Assembly (NCBI GenBank): GCA_963785655.1
Contig: CAWAVZ010000003.1
Location: 328,772-352,771, forward strand
Direction of reading: 5' to 3'
Length of the DNA stretch: 24,000 nt
Source: an uncultured Acidobacteriota bacterium
GTDB taxonomy: Bacteria; Acidobacteriota; Terriglobia; Terriglobales; Acidobacteriaceae
Position 1 is the stretch's first letter. Every line of letters starts with the position of its first letter. The notes beneath the pieces were generated by a model. It made no database searches, was not told the DNA's origin, and worked only from the letters and a program-made list of their open reading frames with translations. Shown piece by piece: positions 8,115-16,822 of this stretch. A program made the translations under genes and the position numbers.

Positions 8115-9083
8115 TCATCTGCTCCGAGTAGCGTTGACCCGCAGCGATACCACGGGAAAAGTGCTGTCAATTTGTTTCAGTTCGACTTCGCTCAAATAGA
8201 CATCGAGCGCCTTTGCGTTCTCCTCAAGGCGGCTGCGGCGTCGAGTGCCGGGGATCGGAACAATGTCATCGCCTTGGGCGAGGACCCAGGCAAGCGCAAG
8301 TTGCGAAGGGGTGCAATTCTTCTGACGCGCAATCTCTTCAACTTTCTTAACGAGATCAACATTCTTCTGAAAGTTATCTCCCTGAAAGCGAGTAATGCCG
8401 CGCCGGAAGTCATCAGGCGCGAAATCTTCGAAACGCTTGATCTGCCCAGTAAGAAAGCCGCGGCCAAGCGGACTGTAGGCGACAAACCCAATACCCAGTT
8501 CGCGGCACGTGGGCAGAATTTCATCTTCGGGATCACGGGACCACAATGAGTATTCGGTTTGGAGCGCCGTAATGGAGTGGATCTTAGCCGCGCGGCGAAT
8601 GGTCTTCGGACTAGCTTCAGACAAGCCGATGTGACGAATCTTTCCTTCTTTCACCAGCTCCGCGAGAGCGCCAACCGTTTCCTCAATTGGAGTGTTGGGA
8701 TCGACGCGGTGCTGGTAATAAAGATCGACATAGTCCATCCCCAGCCGTTTCAAGCTGCCGTCAACCGACTTGCGAATGTAATCGGGCTTGCCGTTCACGC
8801 CTCGGGCTTTGGGATTATTGGGATCGCGCACGATGCCGAACTTGGTCGCGACGATGGCTTTATCGCGCCTGCCACGGAGCGCCCGGCCGACCAGTTCTTC
8901 ATTTTTGAAGGGACCGTAAACGTCGGCAGTGTCGAAAAAGTTGAGACCGAGTTCGATGGCGCGATGAATGGTGGCAATGGATTCGGCTTCGTCCCCTGGG
9001 CCATAAAATTCCGACATCCCCATGCAGCCGAGCCCAAGGGCAGAAACTTTCAGACCGCTGCGACCTAGTTCGCGGTATTGCAT
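8115..9083 (-). CDS. aldo/keto reductase (NADP-dependent oxidoreductase)
   Basis: [28 protein letters not shown]...FFDTADVYG...ELVGRAL is the AKR signature, including the catalytic D, Y, K and H context. The track starts at 9089 (MQMQ). AGGAG directly abuts that ATG, so the second ATG at 9083 (6-nt spacing) is the better start. Confidence 0.9.
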   Translation of the reverse strand: MQYRELGRSGLKVSALGLGCMGMSEFYGPGDEAESIATIHRAIELGLNFFDTADVYGPFKNEELVGRALRGRRDKAIVATKFGIVRDPNNPKARGVNGKPDYIRKSVDGSLKRLGMDYVDLYYQHRVDPNTPIEETVGALAELVKEGKIRHIGLSEASPKTIRRAAKIHSITALQTEYSLWSRDPEDEILPTCRELGIGFVAYSPLGRGFLTGQIKRFEDFAPDDFRRGITRFQGDNFQKNVDLVKKVEEIARQKNCTPSQLALAWVLAQGDDIVPIPGTRRRSRLEENAKALDVYLSEVELKQIDSTFPVVSLRVNATRSR

Positions 9084-9161
9084 TTGCATCTCCTGCTCGT
9101 GGATTTCAGCAGTTTTAGATGCAGGAAGCGATGCAGGGACTTTTTAGTTAGCTCGGGAGCT

Positions 9162-9674
9162 TCACCTTGGCAGAATAGGAGCGCCTGCCGGCGTCAAGGC
9201 TGCCTCAAGTTTCTGCAGGGCAGGAATGCCGCTCATACCTGCATAAATCCGGTACAGAGCATAGCCGTGAAAAGCGACTGCAAGAATGTCGCGAAAGTAA
9301 AGCATTACCAGGGCATCGACTGCGTATAAGGCCATCCCAACCAGAAATGCCCATTGCTGTCCCTTGCGGGCAAAATTCCAGAACAGAAAAAATACGCCCG
9401 CGACGAAGCCATTGATCACCAAGTCAAGTGCTATCCCACTTTGCCCTGCTTGATGGGCAAGACCATCCACGAACTGGGCAATCCCCAGCCCGAAGATGAA
9501 GCGGATTCCAGCGCCGCTCATTGAAAGCACCGAGTTGATGATGGACAGAATCGCCACGATGCGAAACCAGCCTGCGCCGGTTTTCACCACTCGTTCTGCC
9601 CGGAGCTTCTGTTCCACGAGATTAGTAAGTGAGGCCTGCGGCGTGCCACTAAGCCCAAAACCAGGACTGGACAT
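9162..9674 (-). CDS. hypothetical integral membrane protein (about 4 TM helices)
   Basis: ATG lies 5 nt after GGGAGG. There are hydrophobic segments WFRIVAILSIINSVL, IRFIFGLGIAQF, LVINGFVAGVFFLFW and WAFLVGMALYAVDALVML. I recognise no family. Confidence 0.6.
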   Translation of the reverse strand: MSSPGFGLSGTPQASLTNLVEQKLRAERVVKTGAGWFRIVAILSIINSVLSMSGAGIRFIFGLGIAQFVDGLAHQAGQSGIALDLVINGFVAGVFFLFWNFARKGQQWAFLVGMALYAVDALVMLYFRDILAVAFHGYALYRIYAGMSGIPALQKLEAALTPAGAPILPR

Positions 9675-9775
9675 TGAATCCTCCCATTAGTCGAATGTGG
9701 GGAAGTTCGGGAGATAGTAGCACAGCAGGTTTATCCGTCAATCAAGAATCTTGGTTACTTCGGTGTGCCACACCT

Positions 9776-12418
9776 TCAAGGCAGTTGCAAGTCGAGAGCA
9801 TAGATTTCCTGCGCGCTGGTGTCGCGCACGAATATTGGAGTGTCACCGGGCCCGAGGCCCGTCCATGAGCCCGGGCCGAATTGGCTGGGAAACATGCGAA
9901 TTCGTTTCAGGTCCACAACAGTTTCGAGCTTTCGATCAGGAACATGCAATCGCCGATAAGCAGGGTTTGGCTCGAGCGCAGTATCGAAGTACAGATAATG
10001 ACTATCTGCTGACCACGCGAGGTAGCCAAGAAAATTACTGTGTGTCAACGGTACCCATTGATTCGTTCTTAAATCCAGGAGCAACAGCTTGCTGCCGTCA
10101 GCCGACAATCCAGCTATATAGTGTCCATCCGGCGACCAACGAGGCGCGAACATAGCTTGCGAGCCTGGCAGCCGCGAAATATTGCGGCTTTGCACGTCGA
10201 ACACCTCAATGAACGTGTGCTCCGCGGAATCTCCAGAATGCCCGAATGCCAGAGACTTGCCGTCTGCTGACCAGGTGGGGTCGGCCTCGGTTGCATCCCC
10301 ATCCGCTGTTAACGCCGTCGGAGTACCACCATCCTTTGAAAGGAGAAAGACTTTCCATGGCTTGCCCGGTACTATCCCGGAGAAAGCAATCTGTTGTCCA
10401 TCTGGAGACCAGTGCGGCAGGCTGGCGCGCATCGAGGAAGAGGAATATGTAAGCTGCAGCCGCTCGCTGCTGTCGAGCCTGCTCCGCCAGAGAGTATCTT
10501 CCGGATAACTTATGTAGGCGACCCATTTTCCATCACGGGAGAAATCAGTTTCGCCGGCCGAAATCCCGCCGAGAAAAGGAACAAAATCGCCAGAGCGGGC
10601 ATCGTATCTTACCAGCTCGCCTCGCTGCTGCACTCCCTCGACAAAAAGCTTCTTTCCGTCCTTACTGGGAATGCCACCGTAGAACGCCAATGGGCCAGCG
10701 GTGAGCTGGACGGGGGTTGGCGACGCTTTGCGCCAAAAGCTGGATCGTTCGTTGATGATCCAGACGTTCGAGGCCCCGTCCCGAACGCTGTCGAAGACGT
10801 AGTAGTTCCCGTCGTCCGTCCACGTGCCGCAGCATTCATTCGGGGTTCTGTTCCAACCTGCTAACAACCTATGCAGGCCGCTGCCGTCTGCTTGGGCCTC
10901 CCAAAGTTCAGAGATGTTAGCTACTAAATTGAGCGCTGCAAACCTGATGCGCAGTCCGTCCGGAGAAAAGGCAATCCCGGCGGGTAGGGCCGGCGCGGTC
11001 AGCAGCTTCCTTGGTGAAGAACCGTCGTGCTCCGCAACATAAATGTCGTTTCCTTGGCCAAATACCAATTGCCCGTGTGGCCCCCAAACTGGATCATGTC
11101 CAATGAGCGAGCCCAACCTTCGAGGAGATCCTGCAGGAAGTGGCAATGACCAAAAAGGAGCCCCTATTTGCGGTGGATTCGGGGTCGTAATCAGCAGCTC
11201 GGATCCATCCGGAGAAACATCCGCAATTGTAGCGTTCTCGATGGGGATATTGATGGGCGCAACCTCACCTCCGCCGCTCGAAACCTGTACCGGGAAGAGT
11301 TTCGGCCCCGAGCTTTCGGTGAGATACAGCCGATTCCCATCCGACGCCATTGAAGTTTTCTGAAAGCCGTCCGAGGTAATCTGCTTCGAGCCAATGATCT
11401 TCGGTGCAGGCTGCACGGGGCGAAGCATATACGCCACAACTGCAAGGAGCACAACCACGATTACGCAGGCGACCATGATCACACGCCGTGAGAGGCGTTT
11501 CGCAGTAGCTGGCGCCGTGGAAACAGCGCCACTGGTGAGAACCCTCCCTGACTCGGTGTCACGCTTGAGCCGCTTCAGATCGGCCCGCAGTTCGCTGGCA
11601 GATTGGTAGCGGAGATCGCGGTCTTTCTCGAGGGCTTTGTTGATAATCTCTTCCAGCTTGGCAGGCGCGTCCGGGTTCAGGCGCACCAGTGGGGTCGGCT
11701 CCCGATTAAGGATTGCATCGAATATCGCGCCCGATGTTTCACCACGGAAGGGCATCAGCCCACTCGCCATTTCATAGAGCACCGCCCCGAAGGCGAACAA
11801 GTCGGTGCGAGCGTCGAGGTCCTTGCCTCTGATTTGCTCGGGAGACATATAAGCGACGGTACCGAGCGCCACGCCCGGACTGGTGAGATGCTCCTGTGCC
11901 ATGGTGGTCGCTGCAGCGGCTCCCATCACCTCAGCGACTGGCCGCGCAAGCAGAGACTTCGCCAGACCAAAGTCAAGAATTTTTGCCTGCCCGCGAGTCG
12001 TGACGAAGATGTTCGCAGGCTTGATGTCGCGGTGCACAATACCTTTGCTGTGGGCTGCGTCGAGAGCATCGGCGATCTGGATGCCAAAATCGAGCACAGA
12101 CTCCATTTCCAAAGGTTTGCCCAAAATACGGGAGCCGAGGGTTTGTCCCTCCAGATATTGCATGGCAATGAATGGCTGTCCATCATACTGCCCGAAGTCA
12201 TAGACCGTGCATATGTTGGGATGGTCGAGAGCAGATGCGGCCCGCGCCTCTCGTTCGAAACGCTCCAAGGCTTGCGCGTCCTTCGCCAGACCTTCTGAAA
12301 GGAATTTCAACGCCACGCGACGGCCGAGCCGTGTGTCTTCCGCCTCGTACACCACACCCATGCCCCCACCGCCTAATTTGCGGATTATGCGGTAGTGCGA
12401 GATGGTTTCGGGAATAAT
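9776..12418 (-). CDS. Ser/Thr protein kinase with TM helix and C-terminal PD40/TolB-like beta-propeller; start proposed at a non-canonical ATT
   Basis: Hanks motifs are present: [26 protein letters not shown] helix is [22 protein letters not shown]. There are many [WF]SPDG/WSADG PD40 repeats. The track start (ATG 12361) falls inside the glycine-rich loop. The frame stays open upstream to a TGA at 12470-12472 and encodes ...[19 protein letters not shown]|MGVVY. The only start-like codons there are ATT/ATC/ATA. ATT at 12416-12418 lies 8 nt after GGAG (12427-12430, minus strand). Confidence 0.8.
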   Translation of the reverse strand: MIPETISHYRIIRKLGGGGMGVVYEAEDTRLGRRVALKFLSEGLAKDAQALERFEREARAASALDHPNICTVYDFGQYDGQPFIAMQYLEGQTLGSRILGKPLEMESVLDFGIQIADALDAAHSKGIVHRDIKPANIFVTTRGQAKILDFGLAKSLLARPVAEVMGAAAATTMAQEHLTSPGVALGTVAYMSPEQIRGKDLDARTDLFAFGAVLYEMASGLMPFRGETSGAIFDAILNREPTPLVRLNPDAPAKLEEIINKALEKDRDLRYQSASELRADLKRLKRDTESGRVLTSGAVSTAPATAKRLSRRVIMVACVIVVVLLAVVAYMLRPVQPAPKIIGSKQITSDGFQKTSMASDGNRLYLTESSGPKLFPVQVSSGGGEVAPINIPIENATIADVSPDGSELLITTPNPPQIGAPFWSLPLPAGSPRRLGSLIGHDPVWGPHGQLVFGQGNDIYVAEHDGSSPRKLLTAPALPAGIAFSPDGLRIRFAALNLVANISELWEAQADGSGLHRLLAGWNRTPNECCGTWTDDGNYYVFDSVRDGASNVWIINERSSFWRKASPTPVQLTAGPLAFYGGIPSKDGKKLFVEGVQQRGELVRYDARSGDFVPFLGGISAGETDFSRDGKWVAYISYPEDTLWRSRLDSSERLQLTYSSSSMRASLPHWSPDGQQIAFSGIVPGKPWKVFLLSKDGGTPTALTADGDATEADPTWSADGKSLAFGHSGDSAEHTFIEVFDVQSRNISRLPGSQAMFAPRWSPDGHYIAGLSADGSKLLLLDLRTNQWVPLTHSNFLGYLAWSADSHYLYFDTALEPNPAYRRLHVPDRKLETVVDLKRIRMFPSQFGPGSWTGLGPGDTPIFVRDTSAQEIYALDLQLP

Positions 12419-12498
12419 TGGTAGGACTCCAGGCCGGCAACGAATGGTAGGTCGGTTTCCGCCGGCAAGTCAAGAATCAAGCCGGTGCGTACTTCGAA

Positions 12499-13635
12499 CT
12501 ATTGGGTCACGGTTATCAGAGAACCGCGCTTCGGCACGATTTTCCCAATGTCGGCAGACGGCACGCCTGCTGACAGCAGCGCTGACTTGAGGGCGTCCGA
12601 CTGTTTTCCATCAACGGCAATTAGCAGACCTCCTGCAGTTTGTGGATCGAAGAGTATAGTCTTGAGTTCTTCCGGGAGCTCGCCCTCGTAGTTAACTACG
12701 CACTCGGCAAAGTCGCGGTTAGCTTTGAGTCCTCCGGGAATGTGACCCGCGCGAACGCAATCCAGGGCGTCGTCAAGCAGAGGCACGCGGCCGGCATGAA
12801 TCTCAGCGGAAACGTTGTCTGAGGCCAGCAGCATCTCGCGCAAATGTCCGATAAGTCCGAATCCGGTGATGTCGGTAAGGGCGTGAACAGGGAAGCCGTC
12901 GTCCGTCGTTCGTCGTCCGTCGTCCGCCTTGGAATCGGAGGCGCGAGCGTTTTCGGTTTTTGCAGAGACGGAGGCACGATCACCGGTTATTACTTCAGCG
13001 GCGGTCTTGTTCAGTGTGGTCATAGATTTCATCGTTGCGTCAATCCATTCCTGCTCGGCCACTCCTTTTTTAATTGCTGTCGAAATCACGCCAGTGCCGA
13101 GTGACTTCGTAAGCAGTAAGTGATCTCCTGGCCGCGCGCCGCCGTTTTGCAGCACTCGTTTCGGATCGATGATTCCAGTAACCGAGTATCCAAACTTGGT
13201 TTCATCATCGCGAATGCTGTGGCCACCGACGATGGTGCAGCCGGCTTCGATCATCTTCGATAATCCGCCGGCTAGAATTCGCTCCAGAATTTCCAGGTCG
13301 CCTTTTTCTGGAAAGCAAACCAATGCCAGTGCCGTCAGCGGCTTCCCGCCCATGGCGTAAACATCGCTCAAAGAATTCGTCGCGGCAATCTGGCCGAAGG
13401 TGTACGGATCATCAACGATTGGAGTGAAGAAATCGACCGTCTGCACCAATGCCGTGTCAGGCGAGATCTGATACACGCCGGCGTCGTCGGCATGGTCGAA
13501 GCCGACAAGAACATTCGGATCATGTTGCCGGGCTAATTTCCCAAGCACTTTGTCCAGCGCCGCCGGACTCAGCTTGGAAGCTCAACCCGCAGCTTTGACC
13601 GTCTCCGTAAGACGGACAGTTTTCTTCTCCGACAT
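12499..13635 (-). CDS. selD: selenide, water dikinase (selenophosphate synthetase), selenocysteine-containing form (TGA at 13582-13584 read as Sec)
   Basis: The track ORF (from GTG 13548) lacks the catalytic N-terminal loop. The same frame upstream reads ATG(13635) MSEKKTVRLTETVKAAG-TGA-ASKLSPAALDKV, matching E. coli [30 protein letters not shown] with TGA at the Cys17 position and Lys at +3. The rest is colinear: DPNVLVGFDHADDAGVY, DFFTPIVDDPYTFGQIAATNSLSDVYAMGGKP, TDITGFGLIGH. Confidence 0.85.
12896..12923. repeat. heptanucleotide tandem repeat (ccgtcgt ccgtcgt tcgtcgt ccgtcgt) inside selD
   Basis: Read directly from the sequence: four consecutive 7-mers with one substitution. They encode part of ...KADDGRRTTDDG... 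in a low-complexity insertion between the two SelD domains. Confidence 0.9.
13540..13578 (-). promoter_or_regulatory. candidate bacterial SECIS hairpin downstream of the selD UGA
   Basis: mRNA is UGA GCU UCCAAGC UGA GUCC GGCGGCGCU GGAC AAAGU GCUUGGG. It has a lower 7-bp stem (UCCAAGC/GCUUGGG), an internal loop, and an upper stem GUCC/GGAC (extendable by G.U, G-C, C-G). The apical loop is G-rich and begins about 17 nt after the UGA, within the distance and shape expected for bacterial SECIS elements. Confidence 0.5.
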
Positions 13636-13641
13636 GAGGAC

Positions 13642-13669
13642 ATTGTAGAGGAAAGTCCCCGTTTACCAA
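13642..13669 (-). promoter_or_regulatory. candidate sigma70-type promoter giving a leaderless selD mRNA (TTGGTA-16-TACAAT-6-ATG)
   Basis: The minus strand reads ttggta aacggggactttcctc tacaat gtcctc ATG. There is no Shine-Dalgarno, since the upstream region is pyrimidine-rich. The ATG sits where the +1 position would be. Confidence 0.4.
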
Positions 13670-13688
13670 TTGCCCCGCTCAGAGCAAC

Positions 13689-14468
13689 TCAGTATGCGCG
13701 AAGAAAGAAATAGATCGTCATGACTGACCCAATGGCAATCACGAAGCTGCGCACCCACGGTTGAGGCAGGCGAAGAGAATAGCGCGCCCCGAAATATCCG
13801 CCGAGAGCTGCACCTGCGATCATCACCACGGCTTGCCGCCAGTACACCGTGTGCGACAACATGAACACAATCACTGCTACGCCATTCGTCGCACTGCTCA
13901 ATACAGTTTTTAAAGCATTCATGGCGTGTATGTCTGCCATGCTGAACGCTGTCAGCATGGCAAGAATCACGATTCCCATGCCGCCGCCAAAATATCCGCC
14001 ATATATCGCGACCAGTAATTGAAAGAACGACGCCAGGGCAATCGCTTTCACACCCGGCTCGCCGCTGACCGATCCAATCGTTCGGGAACTGCTTCCGCCA
14101 AAAATAAAAAGCAGAGTTGCCGATAGCATTAACCAGGGCAGTACTTTCATAAACGTCTGCGCCGGCGTTCGCAACAGGAGAACTGCTCCCACCATCCCTC
14201 CGGCCAGGCTGACAGCGAGCAAAGCCCATAAGACCCGCGGGCGCACGTTCAAGTGCTGGCGAAAGGCGCCACCGCTAAAAACCAGCCCGGTCCAGAGTGC
14301 GACCGTGTTGGTGGCATTTGCTGGAACCGGCGGTACGCCGCTGAAAAGGAGCGCCGGAAATGCAATAAAGCTTCCTCCTCCGGCGACGGCGTTCAAGGCA
14401 CCGCCGAGCACAGCTGCAGTGAATAACAGAACGGCGGTCTCAGGACAGTTGAAACTTGCGAAAGTCAA
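13689..14468 (-). CDS. TauE/SafE (DUF81) family anion permease
   Basis: TTG start immediately after an in-frame stop. 259 aa, about 7-8 TM helices, with the family repeat LGGALNAVAGGGSFIAFPALL and the second-half GGYFGGGMGIVILAML. It lies 53 nt upstream of selD on the same strand. Confidence 0.85.
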   Translation of the reverse strand: MTFASFNCPETAVLLFTAAVLGGALNAVAGGGSFIAFPALLFSGVPPVPANATNTVALWTGLVFSGGAFRQHLNVRPRVLWALLAVSLAGGMVGAVLLLRTPAQTFMKVLPWLMLSATLLFIFGGSSSRTIGSVSGEPGVKAIALASFFQLLVAIYGGYFGGGMGIVILAMLTAFSMADIHAMNALKTVLSSATNGVAVIVFMLSHTVYWRQAVVMIAGAALGGYFGARYSLRLPQPWVRSFVIAIGSVMTIYFFLRAY

Positions 14469-14618
14469 CGATCAAAGATGTACCACAATCAAGTTACGTC
14501 CCACAATTCTTCTGCGGCCATGTCCAAAGTTATGAATTTCTGCCGCTGCCCATTTAACATGAAATGCTCCAACTCACTTTTCTAGAAAAATGATCAACCT
14601 TTAGGGAAGGAAGGTCTC

Positions 14619-16802
14619 GTGGCCTGGTTCTTCGTCTTCTTTTTTGTGTCCGGGTTCTGCAGCATTTTGTATGAGCTGGTTTGGCTACGGCTATCGATGG
14701 CGCAGTTCGGAGTCACGACTGCCCTGGTCTCGATCGTGCTCTCGATGTTCATGGCCGGACTCGGCCTGGGTTCCTGGATCAGCGGACGCTTGCTTCGCAG
14801 GTATGAGCTCAATCGTTCATCAGCATTGCGAATTTATGGTTCGATCGAATTCCTGATTGCCGTTTCAGCGCTGCTGGTGCCAAAGGAATTATTCTTCGGA
14901 CGGCAGTTGCTGCAGCATCTTGAGCTCTCTTCTTCACTTCGGTACTATCTCGCATCCGGAATCTGGCTTGCTTTGACACTGGTTCCCTGGTGCGCTTGCA
15001 TGGGCGCAACCATTCCCGTGGGCATGCAAGCGATCCGTTGCGAATTCCGCAGCGAGTCACCACGTGCCTTCAGTTTTCTATATCTCGCAAATGTCCTTGG
15101 AGCCGTCGCAGGAGCGACCATCCCTCTCCTGATTATCGAGGGATGGGGGTTTCATGGCGCACTTGCGACCGGGACGGTATTGAATGTACTGATCGCATTC
15201 TCCGCCACCGCATTCTCTTTTCGCCGACCCTCTCCTCAACCCGCAGCTCTTGAGACTGCAACGCCTGTAGGCGAGAAATCGAATTCGTCCTCGCGCAGTC
15301 CCAAATTGCTGGCGCTGCTGTTCACCACCGGGCTCACCAGCATGGGAATGGAAATTGTCTGGATCAGGGAATTTACGCCATATCTCACGACGGTCGTGTA
15401 CGCCTTCGCCTCCATCCTGGGTGTGTATCTGTTGTCCACATTCGCCGGGTCGCGCGTTTATCGACGCTGGAGCACTACTCACACGCGAGAACAAAGTGCG
15501 GTATGGATGCTGCTTGGCTTGTGTGCTCTGCTGCCGCTGGTTACGGCGAGTCCGAAGATCCACTTATTTGCCCCGATAAGGCTCGTGCTCGGGATCGCTC
15601 CTTTCTCCGCGCTTTTGGGTTTCGTAACTCCCATGCTGGTTGATCGCTGCTCGCGTGGCGATCCTGATCAAGCAGGTAGTGCTTACGCGGTAAATGTTGT
15701 CGGCTGCATTCTCGGTCCGCTGCTGGCCGGATTTGTGCTGCTTCCACTTTTAAGTGAGCGCTGGGTCTTATTCGTTCTATCACTCCCGTGGTTGGCGATC
15801 GGGTTGTACCCAGGATGGCTGGCAGAGCCGAATTTCCCGGCCCAACCACATACCAGGCGTCAGTCGTACGCGGTCGCGGTTGCTGCTCTCGCCCTGTTAT
15901 TGCTCGGCAGGGACTATGAATCCCGCTTCCACAATCGGCAAGTGCGGCGTGACCACACCGCTACCATCATCGCAGCAGGTCAAGGAATGCAGAAGCAGTT
16001 GTTGGTGAATGGCGTCGGCATCACGGTCCTCACTCCTGCGACCAAGATGATGGCCCATTTGCCGCTTGCCTCCATGGAGCGTGCCCCGTACAACGCGCTC
16101 GCAATTTGCTTCGGCATGGGGACCAGCTTTCGTTCTCTGCTCTCGTGGAACATTCCCGTGACGGCGGTGGAACTGGTCCCGAGCGTGCCCCGGTTGTTCT
16201 GGTATTTCCATGCCGACGCGCCGGAATTGTTGAGTTCACCCCTGGCCCACGTTGTCATTGATGATGGACGACGCTACCTGGAAAGAACATCCGATCAATA
16301 TGACGTCATCACCATCGATCCTCCTCCGCCGGTTGAGGCAGCTGGATCAAGCCTGCTTTATACGGTGGAGTTTTACCAGACGCTGAAGCCGCGTTTGCGG
16401 ACGGGGGGAATCATGCAGCAATGGCTTCCCCGCGGGGACAAGGTCGACAACGCAGCCATTGCTCGCGCCCTCCAGGAGTCATTTCCCTACGTTCGCGTGT
16501 TTTGGGAGGATCCGCAGGACCGGTGGGGCACTCACTTCATAGCCAGCATGCAGCCATTGCATAACTGGACATCCGCAGAACTGGCACAGCACATGCCAGA
16601 TCCAGCAGCAAAGGATTTGATCGAATGGGGGCCTGAGCCCAATGCAGAACGCCAGTTCGCAGCGTTATTGAAAAACGAAGCTTCGCTGGAGCAGCTAATA
16701 AAACAAGCGCCGGGAACCCCGGCGCTTAAAGACGACAAACCTGTGAACGAATACTACCTGGCCCGGCGGAGGATCGTGCCCGCTTTGAAGCATTACTTCT
16801 GA
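14619..16802 (+). CDS. fused polytopic membrane domain / spermidine-synthase-like (class I methyltransferase fold) protein
   Basis: GTG start after GGAAGGAAGG. The N-terminal roughly 430 aa is very hydrophobic (FFVSGFCSILYELVWLRL... is typical of this family). The C-terminal region has the spermidine-synthase-type motifs: ALAICFGMGTSFRSLL, VTAVELVP, VVIDDGRRYL, YDVITIDPPPP, LYTVEFY. Confidence 0.85.
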   Translation: MAWFFVFFFVSGFCSILYELVWLRLSMAQFGVTTALVSIVLSMFMAGLGLGSWISGRLLRRYELNRSSALRIYGSIEFLIAVSALLVPKELFFGRQLLQHLELSSSLRYYLASGIWLALTLVPWCACMGATIPVGMQAIRCEFRSESPRAFSFLYLANVLGAVAGATIPLLIIEGWGFHGALATGTVLNVLIAFSATAFSFRRPSPQPAALETATPVGEKSNSSSRSPKLLALLFTTGLTSMGMEIVWIREFTPYLTTVVYAFASILGVYLLSTFAGSRVYRRWSTTHTREQSAVWMLLGLCALLPLVTASPKIHLFAPIRLVLGIAPFSALLGFVTPMLVDRCSRGDPDQAGSAYAVNVVGCILGPLLAGFVLLPLLSERWVLFVLSLPWLAIGLYPGWLAEPNFPAQPHTRRQSYAVAVAALALLLLGRDYESRFHNRQVRRDHTATIIAAGQGMQKQLLVNGVGITVLTPATKMMAHLPLASMERAPYNALAICFGMGTSFRSLLSWNIPVTAVELVPSVPRLFWYFHADAPELLSSPLAHVVIDDGRRYLERTSDQYDVITIDPPPPVEAAGSSLLYTVEFYQTLKPRLRTGGIMQQWLPRGDKVDNAAIARALQESFPYVRVFWEDPQDRWGTHFIASMQPLHNWTSAELAQHMPDPAAKDLIEWGPEPNAERQFAALLKNEASLEQLIKQAPGTPALKDDKPVNEYYLARRRIVPALKHYF

Positions 16803-16822
16803 ACCAAGTGGTTCTTCAATGG

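Noticed and set aside
11603-12298. 231-aa plus-strand ORF antisense to the kinase domain; also 10394..10864 and other 60-150 aa ORFs across 9776-12361
   Set aside because: These are shadow frames of a strongly supported kinase/PD40 gene. They have no recognisable motifs.
12419-12498. GCCGGC...GCCGGC inverted repeat between selD and the kinase as a possible terminator
   Set aside because: It has only a 5-6 bp stem with a 22-nt loop and no U-tract, so it is not convincing as an intrinsic terminator.
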